DNA of 23,906 nucleotides from Candidatus Krumholzibacteriia bacterium (GTDB lineage: Bacteria; Krumholzibacteriota; Krumholzibacteriia; WVZY01). The first letter of the stretch is position 1. Each line of letters starts with the position of its first letter. A model generated the notes under the pieces. It saw nothing but the letters and a program-made list of their open reading frames with translations. It had not been told where the DNA came from and did no database searches. This document shows, piece by piece, positions 7,596 through 14,128 of the stretch. The position numbers and the translations under genes are program-made. The DNA is taken from assembly GCA_036478295.1 (NCBI GenBank), contig JAZGDW010000147.1, forward strand, positions 1 through 23,906, in the 5' to 3' direction.

Positions 7596-9047
7596 CTAGA
7601 AGAACACTAACGCTACCAGAAAGAAAAGCGGTAGCAAGAACGGTATCGAGTACCTGAACATGTAACCAAAGAAACTCGGCATCTTGATGCCGGATTCTTC
7701 TGCGATACTCCTTACCATAAAATTGGGGGCGTTGCCGATATAGGTCAACGCCCCAAAGAACACGGCGCCTGTCGAAATACCGAACAAGAACGTTGCATGC
7801 TGCTCGATCAACATGGGGACGCTTTCCAGCAACGGGATACCGGTGAAGAACTTGCCCAGAGCCGAGTTGAAAAGCGTCAGGTACGACGGCGCATTATCGA
7901 GAAAGCTGGAAAGCCCGCCGGTGATCCAGAAGTAATGCTGCGGCGTTTGCAACCCCTTGATGATGAACCCAAACTCACCTTCTTCACCCGCGTTCAGAAT
8001 CGCGATTGCGGGAATGATAGTCATGAAAATACCCGCGAACAAATAGGCGACTTCCTTGATCGGAAACCACGAGAAGCCGTTGGCCCGGTGAATCGCGCTG
8101 TCCGTCAGTCTCCACGAGACGATGCCCAGCAACAGAAGGATCAAGTCGCGAACCATCCCTTCTATCGTAACCTGAACGCCCCATACGGAAACCTCACCCA
8201 CGTGCCACATGCCGCTCATCAACACCGCGCCGACCACGCCGAGTAACAGGACGATATTGTGCAACCCCTCGATCCGGAACGGCACGCTTTCGGTGTGTTC
8301 CGGTTTTTCCTCTTTGCGGTAATAGAGCCTGTCCAGCAGGTAATACAACGCAAGCAGAGGCAACGACACGAACACCATGGCTGGCAGGAGGCGCATGGTC
8401 CAGAAGAACGGAACCCCATGCAAGAAACCCAGGAACAGCGGGGGATCACCGAGCGGCGTCAACGACCCACCGATATTGCTGACGAGAAAAATAAAAAAGA
8501 CAACCGTGTGAACCTTGTGCCGGCGCCATTCGTTCGCCCGCAGGAGGGGACGGATCAGGATCATCGACGCTCCTGTCGTACCCACCCACGAGGCGATGAT
8601 GGTGCCGATGAGGATCAAAGTCACGTTCAGGCCCGGCGTGCCGCGGAGCGTGCCGCGGACGTGTATTCCCCCGGCTATGGTGAAGAGCGCCCAGAGCAGG
8701 ATGATGAACGGGATGTACTCGAGCAGGTACGTGTGCAGAATACCCAGGATGGCGTCACCACGAAGAACCACGAGAAATGGAGCGGCGAAGAGGACCGCCC
8801 AGAACGCCGCTACCTTGGCGAAGTGCCGGTGCCACCAGTGTGGGGCGAAAAGCGGGAATAAGGCGATGGAGAACAGGATGCCCAGGAATGGCACCACCGA
8901 CCACACGGGCAGCGCCGCACCGAGGCGTTCCAACAAGTTGTCCCCTTCCGAGGCATGCGCCGGAACGCCGCGCAGCAGGACTATGAAAATACAAAGAGAA
9001 AAGAGGACGGCGGAACCGAGCGACACTGTTTTGATACGTGGCAACAA
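7596..9047 (-). CDS. Sodium:proton antiporter / ion-transporter (IT) superfamily permease (putative citrate-transporter-like)
   Basis: More than 11 TM helices. Motifs GTTGASM.LIRPL, FFIFLVSNIGGSLTPLGDPPLFLGFL.GV.F.W, LSSFLDNAP.YL and GALTYIGNAPNFMV..IAE..G..MPSFFGY. TTG start at 9047 or 9044 behind AAAGGAG. Confidence 0.88.
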   Translation of the reverse strand: MLPRIKTVSLGSAVLFSLCIFIVLLRGVPAHASEGDNLLERLGAALPVWSVVPFLGILFSIALFPLFAPHWWHRHFAKVAAFWAVLFAAPFLVVLRGDAILGILHTYLLEYIPFIILLWALFTIAGGIHVRGTLRGTPGLNVTLILIGTIIASWVGTTGASMILIRPLLRANEWRRHKVHTVVFFIFLVSNIGGSLTPLGDPPLFLGFLHGVPFFWTMRLLPAMVFVSLPLLALYYLLDRLYYRKEEKPEHTESVPFRIEGLHNIVLLLGVVGAVLMSGMWHVGEVSVWGVQVTIEGMVRDLILLLLGIVSWRLTDSAIHRANGFSWFPIKEVAYLFAGIFMTIIPAIAILNAGEEGEFGFIIKGLQTPQHYFWITGGLSSFLDNAPSYLTLFNSALGKFFTGIPLLESVPMLIEQHATFLFGISTGAVFFGALTYIGNAPNFMVRSIAEESGIKMPSFFGYMFRYSIPFLLPLFFLVALVFF

Positions 9048-9181
9048 CGACTCCTTTACCTCGACCGGGTTGGGCGTCGAGCCTAATCCAACAGTCCATG
9101 TGGGGCAAGGAGCTTTTTGCGGCGCGCAGCACGGCGCATCGCACCGCCCGGGTGATGAGCCCGGTCTTGCTTTATAGGGCG

Positions 9182-10828
9182 CTATTTTGCTTGCAGGCGT
9201 CTCTGTAGATGTGCGCGTGTTTCCGGATGTACCGTGCTCTTGCGAAGGAGTTGCTCGACGTCGCCCCGCGTCAGGTCTACGAGATAGGCCAGGGACACGG
9301 GGGGTGGCGTCCGCGGGTTGCTGAGCAGGGCAATTTTCGCGGGCAGCGTGTTGTAGAGTGACCGGTTCTTGCCGATCGCACGGATCACGTCCTGGTTCAC
9401 CGCGTGATTGTTGGCAATCCGCACCGCACGGCCCGGCGAGTTGATGTGTGGAATAGTTTCGCGGGCGATCTTGAACATCGGATGCATGGACAACTCGTGC
9501 CAGTAGTGCCCGTCGCGCGCGAGCTTTCTCAAAACAACGGGTGGTATCGAGGTCAGATTGGGCGCTTGCGCTTTGAGTGTACCTATCTTGTCCTTTTCCC
9601 TCTCCAAGTGTGCGACGTACCGATCGAGAATGCCTTCCTCTAGCTGATAGTATTTCTCCTTGGCGGTCACGTAATCAATGAGGGCCCGCATCTTCTCGAA
9701 GTACTGGTCCTCCATGAAGAAGGGCAGACGCGAGAAGATGCGGATAATGCCCGTTGCGTAAATGACATCGGATCGGGAAGTCAGCGACAGCAGCCTGCGA
9801 TGTATCGTCTGAAAGAACACCTTCTGAAAGTTCTCGTCGTAGTTTTGTGAGCCCGCGACCTTCTCGAGCATACTGAGGATGGTCGAGCAGGGGACGGCCT
9901 GCGGTGTCACGACCTTCCAGAAACTTTCGATGTCAACGTTGTTGACCGCGTAGCGGCGAATCTCGTGGTCCGGGTGGAGGATGAGGCAGCGATAAAACGA
10001 GTTTCTCTGGTCGGGGCGAATGCTGTTTACGTCGTTGACAATCCGCTCGGAGACACGCGCGTCGCCGTTCACCGAGTCCGGGGAGAAAAAGTCCTGAACG
10101 CGCGCGAAAGCGCCCGAGAGCTTGGAGTTCTTTCGGCGCAGAATGTCGAGGATTTTCAATTTGGAATTGCGCCGCCAGTAGTCGTTGATGACCACGATCT
10201 CCGGGCGCGTCCACAGGCTCTCTTCGAGCAGGCCAAGCGATTCCGTGCTTCTCTCCAGGTAGCTCGCGAAGGTGTAGCGCAGGCGGTCTGTCAGCCCTTC
10301 GACGGCGTCTTCGACGTCGAGATGGTCACCGTGCACGAGCGATTGCAGGTTGGCGTTGAGGTCGAGGCCGTTGGCATCCTCCGCCTGGTCGACAAGAAAT
10401 GCGTCCCACGGCGAGTCTTCGAGGTGCTCCGCCCACTCGGCCCGCAGGCAGGCGTAGAGCGCCGCCACCGGCTCGCCGATGCGGCGCTGCAGATCGGAGT
10501 GAACCGCGTCCACCATGAGGTTGGCGTGGGGAATGTACCCGCCGTACGCGCGGCCGAGGGTGTCCTTGAAGGCGGCGTCCAGTTCCCGCCAGTCGGCGTA
10601 CGCGGTCTCGATCGCCTCCATGGTCGCCGCGACGGCACCCTGGGAATCCTTCACAAGCTGCTTGGAGCCCAGGTTGAGAACACCCTGGAACGCCTCGACC
10701 AGCAGGTCAGCCCCCTGCTCGACCTGACCGACGGAAATACGCTGCTCGTCCGCATTGGTGAGGAGGGAGACCATCGACGACTTGAGTGCCCGAATTCTTG
10801 CCGAAGCGGTGGAAAAATGTTCGCTCAT
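9182..10828 (-). CDS. Hypothetical all-helical protein with a C-terminal LRV/HEAT-like repeat region
   Basis: Start reassigned to ATG 10828 (MSEHFSTASARIR, 548 aa), because the upstream 194 codons are Arg/Pro-rich and overlap another gene. The C-terminus has IANNHAVNQDVIRAIG and ALLSNPRTPPPVSL helical-repeat patterns. Confidence 0.75.
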   Translation of the reverse strand: MSEHFSTASARIRALKSSMVSLLTNADEQRISVGQVEQGADLLVEAFQGVLNLGSKQLVKDSQGAVAATMEAIETAYADWRELDAAFKDTLGRAYGGYIPHANLMVDAVHSDLQRRIGEPVAALYACLRAEWAEHLEDSPWDAFLVDQAEDANGLDLNANLQSLVHGDHLDVEDAVEGLTDRLRYTFASYLERSTESLGLLEESLWTRPEIVVINDYWRRNSKLKILDILRRKNSKLSGAFARVQDFFSPDSVNGDARVSERIVNDVNSIRPDQRNSFYRCLILHPDHEIRRYAVNNVDIESFWKVVTPQAVPCSTILSMLEKVAGSQNYDENFQKVFFQTIHRRLLSLTSRSDVIYATGIIRIFSRLPFFMEDQYFEKMRALIDYVTAKEKYYQLEEGILDRYVAHLEREKDKIGTLKAQAPNLTSIPPVVLRKLARDGHYWHELSMHPMFKIARETIPHINSPGRAVRIANNHAVNQDVIRAIGKNRSLYNTLPAKIALLSNPRTPPPVSLAYLVDLTRGDVEQLLRKSTVHPETRAHLQRRLQAK

Positions 10829-11012
10829 TAGAGACCCCACGCGGGATAAAAGGTTGGAATAACTAGAGTTACGAATTACAGTGCGGAAAAACTGCAATTT
10901 GCATGCCGCGGGAGTATGGAGAGGAAAGTTCGCTGTGGCGTTTGCCGCCGCCGGCGCGGGCACCCAGGTCGTCAATCGCCGCGGGCACCGTGGCCCCACG
11001 AGCGGCGCCCAC

Positions 11013-11041
11013 AAAAAAACGTCCGGCGCCCCTCCGGGCGT
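11013..11041 (-). terminator. Probable intrinsic terminator of the lipoprotein pair
   Basis: The minus strand reads ACGCCCGG-AGGGGCG-CCGGACGT followed by a T run, 17 nt after the stop at 11059. The stem has one mismatch. Confidence 0.5.
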
Positions 11042-11058
11042 CCGTGTACGGGCGCTTA

Positions 11059-11667
11059 CTAGAGATCGTCTCGCCAGGAGACCAGGCGGTACATGCTGTC
11101 GCCGTTCACCTCGGCAAAGCGGATCACGAACGACGCCTGCAGCCATGCCGCATTCCGGAAGGTGAAATCGCCAGCCGTGACATCGAGTTTGTAGTTCACT
11201 GTTTTCTCGTACCACATCTCGCCGGGGTGGACATCTTCGTCGATCTGCGGATTCCATGCCTCGTCCCCGGCTGGATACTCCATGGTGAGCGAAATACGGC
11301 TGATCGGGCCCGGATTGGTGATTGATCCATCCGGGTTCGTGTGCGGCGCCGGGTCGAATGTGGGGTCGAACATGTGTCCGGTCGCAAGCAGCTCGGAGGC
11401 GCGGTCCCATTTCGCGAGTGGTACGTTGCCCGAGGTGACGTCTTCAGGCGAGAAGAAGAACGTAAGCGAGTCGTCCAGCAGCCTGTCGTACTGCTGGATG
11501 TTACGCTCGTTGTAGGCTTTGCGCAAAAGGTTGAGAACGTCGTCTTTCTGGGGGATAAGCTCTGGCGACGGCACCGGCAAAGGAGAGACGGGGTCGTCGT
11601 CGCCGCAGGATATGGCGCCGAACAAGACAACAACGGCAAGCAAACCAGAAAGAATTCTATTTCTCAT
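11059..11667 (-). CDS. Lipoprotein, probable NTF2/SnoaL-like fold (paralogue 2)
   Basis: ATG 11667 follows GGGAG. Signal peptide plus lipobox AISC-GDDDP. The pattern L..AYN.....Y..LL.D...F.F and terminal WRDD are shared with the upstream gene. Confidence 0.82.
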   Translation of the reverse strand: MRNRILSGLLAVVVLFGAISCGDDDPVSPLPVPSPELIPQKDDVLNLLRKAYNERNIQQYDRLLDDSLTFFFSPEDVTSGNVPLAKWDRASELLATGHMFDPTFDPAPHTNPDGSITNPGPISRISLTMEYPAGDEAWNPQIDEDVHPGEMWYEKTVNYKLDVTAGDFTFRNAAWLQASFVIRFAEVNGDSMYRLVSWRDDL

Positions 11668-11688
11668 CGTAGAGACTCCCATTATGGA

Positions 11689-12393
11689 TCAACGTTTTGA
11701 ACCAGAGGTTGTTGGAACTGGTATAGGGATCGCCAAATCGTCGTACCACTCGACAATCTGCCACACGGTCCGCCCGCCTTCCTGCGTCGAGCGGATGCGG
11801 ATCGTCGCTTCGAGTGGATTCGAAGTGGCGAACGTAAGGCTGCCGGCATTTACTGTGAAACGATACAACAGGGTCTTTTGAAAATACTGTTCTCCCTCGA
11901 CCGGCAGGACACTTGGAGAGGGCAACGCCACCCACTCAGAGTCACCCGCGAGGTAATCCAGTTCCAAAGAAATGGCAGTGATCGGCTCGACCCACCAAAC
12001 GGGAGGTTCGTACGCCGCCTTTAGCCCACCCATCGTGGGCTTTTCGACCCGCGCCGAGCTGACCCTCTGCGCAGCGAAGAGGGGTGCGAGGTTGAACATA
12101 TGGGCGGTGGCCCTCAATTCGGAGGCCTTGTCCCAGTTTGGAACCTGGGTGATACCGACTCGTATGTCCCATAGCGAGAAATAAAACGTGAAGTCGTCCG
12201 CGAGCATCCTCTTGAGCTGCGCGTAGTCCATCTTGTTGTACGCAGTCTCCAGATTGAGCAGGATGTGGTCTTTCCGCGTCAGATCCCCGAAGGGAGACGG
12301 GTTGGACGGCACCACGGGATTGTCGTCGCCGCAGGAGGTGGTGCCAAACATCAGTACAAGAGCCACACAAGAAATCAGTAACCTGGTTATCAT
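11689..12393 (-). CDS. Lipoprotein, probable NTF2/SnoaL-like fold (paralogue 1)
   Basis: Signal peptide plus lipobox TTSC-GDDNP. It shares KD..L..L..AYN, WD.ASEL.AT.HMF, I..ISL...Y.AGD..W, KT..Y...V.AG..TF and W.DDL with 11059-11667. Confidence 0.82.
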   Translation of the reverse strand: MITRLLISCVALVLMFGTTSCGDDNPVVPSNPSPFGDLTRKDHILLNLETAYNKMDYAQLKRMLADDFTFYFSLWDIRVGITQVPNWDKASELRATAHMFNLAPLFAAQRVSSARVEKPTMGGLKAAYEPPVWWVEPITAISLELDYLAGDSEWVALPSPSVLPVEGEQYFQKTLLYRFTVNAGSLTFATSNPLEATIRIRSTQEGGRTVWQIVEWYDDLAIPIPVPTTSGSKR

Positions 12394-12425
12394 TTAGGAA
12401 GGCCCCCTGGTGGGATGCGAAGCAG

Positions 12426-12434
12426 ATTATAGCA
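12426..12434 (-). promoter_or_regulatory. Extended -10 promoter for the lipoprotein pair
   Basis: The minus strand reads TGCTATAAT (perfect TGn-TATAAT), 32 nt upstream of the ATG at 12393. Confidence 0.65.
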
Positions 12435-12480
12435 CAGATCCCGGCGAAAAACCACCGGGCTAACAGCACCCGCCGTCATC

Positions 12481-12640
12481 GCAGCGCGCTGTCCGTGTGC
12501 ACAAGTGGGGATTGTCGTGGAATCAGACTCGCAGCGGGCTGGCCGCGCGTACAAGTGGGGACTATCGTGGGATCAGGCGCGCAGCGGTCTTTCCAGACAC
12601 ACAAGTGGGGATTGCCGCGGGGTCACGCGAGGTTAGCGGG
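12481..12640. repeat. Degenerate tandem repeat with an exact 50-bp period (about 3 units)
   Basis: ACAAGTGGGGA occurs at 12501, 12551 and 12601. GCAGCG occurs at 12481, 12531 and 12581. The middle parts (T.TCGTGG.ATCAG) are partly conserved. Confidence 0.85.
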
Positions 12641-12659
12641 GAGGCCGAGTGCGCCTGGA

Positions 12660-13301
12660 CTACGGAATGCCGTGCTCTTTCTTGTACCGTAGCCAGTTCT
12701 TCTTCAGTTCGACGAATTCCTCGAGAGACTCGCGCAGCAAGAACGGGTTGGTTTTGCGCTCGGTGCCGATCGTTGACGACGGTTTGACGCCGAAGTTGTG
12801 ACCGGGGTAAACTTCGACGTCGTCATCCAGCGGCATGATCTTGATGTGCAGGCTGTCATACTCCTTGCGCGCATTTTCGCCGAAGTCGGTGCCCCCGACC
12901 TTGCCGACAAACAGGATGTCCCCCGAGATAAGCTTGTTCCCTCCGAGGATACAAATGGAATCGTCCGAGTGACCCGGGGTGAAGATAATCTTGAGCGTCA
13001 AAGAGCCTAGGTCGAGGGTGTCGCCGTCGTCGACGCGCAGGTCTGCGGCCACGGGATTGTTGGTGTGGGCGACGACGGTGGCGCGCGTCCGGTCCTTGGC
13101 CTCTTCGACCCCCCACGTGTGATCACTGTGGCCGTGGGTGATGATGATGTATCGGACTTGAAGACCGTGTTTCGGGATCAGGTGAAGGTAGCGCGCGCTC
13201 TCCGGCGGCGGGTCGAATAGCGCGGCGTCCCCGCCTTCCTTGTCCGCCATGAGGTAGGCGAAGTTGCGGTCACCGGCTGCGTCAATCTGGTAGAAGATCA
13301 T
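12660..13301 (-). CDS. MBL-fold metallo-hydrolase (glyoxalase II-like)
   Basis: THGHSDH (HxHxDH), TPGHS, SGD.LF.G..G.TD, VYPGH and STIG.ER..NPFL. Confidence 0.93.
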   Translation of the reverse strand: MIFYQIDAAGDRNFAYLMADKEGGDAALFDPPPESARYLHLIPKHGLQVRYIIITHGHSDHTWGVEEAKDRTRATVVAHTNNPVAADLRVDDGDTLDLGSLTLKIIFTPGHSDDSICILGGNKLISGDILFVGKVGGTDFGENARKEYDSLHIKIMPLDDDVEVYPGHNFGVKPSSTIGTERKTNPFLLRESLEEFVELKKNWLRYKKEHGIP

Positions 13302-13304
13302 GGG

Positions 13305-13336
13305 TTGATATTAGCGACAAACCAGTTAGAATGCAA
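13305..13336. promoter_or_regulatory. Overlapping divergent sigma70-type promoters (MBL hydrolase / UDG)
   Basis: Plus strand: TTGATA(13305-13310)-16 nt-TAGAAT(13327-13332). Minus strand: TTGCAT(13336-13331)-17 nt-TAATAT(13313-13308)-6 nt-ATG. Confidence 0.55.
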
Positions 13337-13362
13337 GAGTCCATCAGCTGGAAAGACCGGCC

Positions 13363-13989
13363 ATGCAGATCGATCTGTTCGATGCGGAATTGAACCACAT
13401 CCTTGGTGCCTCGACCTATGGAGAGTTCAAGGAGCGCCTGCAAGGGTACGACTGCCAGCGCTGCACGCTTTGCCACAGCCGCAGCAACATCGTCATCGAC
13501 CGCGGCAATCCCCGGTCCGACATAATGATTATCAGCGAGCGACCCGGCGTCAACGAGGACCGCGTCGGCAAACCGTTTGTGGGCCGGGCCGGTGAGCTGC
13601 TCGACAAAATGCTCACCGCCATCGGGCTCGATTCCAACCGGGACGTTCTTATTACGAATGTCGTGCGCTGCATGCCGGAGGTCGACCGTTCCCCGATCCG
13701 CGAGGAAGTCGACGCGTGTTTTCCCTTCATGGAAAAGCAGATCGCGCTCATGCGGCCCAGGGTGATTCTTCTCCTCGGTGCGGTGGCGGTCAAGTGGGTC
13801 GACCAGGAGCGCACGGACATCAAGATGGAGGACGAGGTAGGGAGATTCTTCACCCTGCCGCGTTTTCCAGGGATTCAGTTCATGGTGATGTTCAACCCCG
13901 CCTTCTTGCTGCGTGACCCACGCCGCAAGAAGGACACCTGGGAGCACCTGAAGAAGCTGCGCGACTATCTCCGCGGCGCTCAAACGTAG
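13363..13989 (+). CDS. Uracil-DNA glycosylase family 4-like protein with [4Fe-4S] cysteines and atypical catalytic motifs
   Basis: C31xxC34, C103 and C119; ED..G.PFVGRAGELLDKML; ITNVVRC; P.VILLLGAVA. Motif A reads SERPG and motif B reads FNPAFLLR. Confidence 0.88.
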   Translation: MQIDLFDAELNHILGASTYGEFKERLQGYDCQRCTLCHSRSNIVIDRGNPRSDIMIISERPGVNEDRVGKPFVGRAGELLDKMLTAIGLDSNRDVLITNVVRCMPEVDRSPIREEVDACFPFMEKQIALMRPRVILLLGAVAVKWVDQERTDIKMEDEVGRFFTLPRFPGIQFMVMFNPAFLLRDPRRKKDTWEHLKKLRDYLRGAQT

Positions 13990-14128
13990 TGTATCGAGCG
14001 CCTCTTGCGTTCACCAACAAAAGTTGGTCCCGTAGGAGGGCTGTCCAAGAACTCGTTCTCAGGCGGCGACGGTAGCTGATAGGTGTGGGGTTGCGGGAGT
14101 GATATTATGTTAACCCGGCTGATCGGCC

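Noticed and set aside
10829..11410. 194-codon N-terminal extension of the 742-aa ORF (possible overlap or frameshift fusion with the lipoprotein)
   Set aside because: The translation is Arg/Pro-rich and non-protein-like, overlaps a well-supported gene in another frame and crosses a likely terminator. It is best explained as a chance open frame in GC-rich DNA.
12481..12640. Mini CRISPR array
   Set aside because: The repeats are degenerate, the variable parts are only ~14 nt and partly similar to each other, and no cas genes are in the window.
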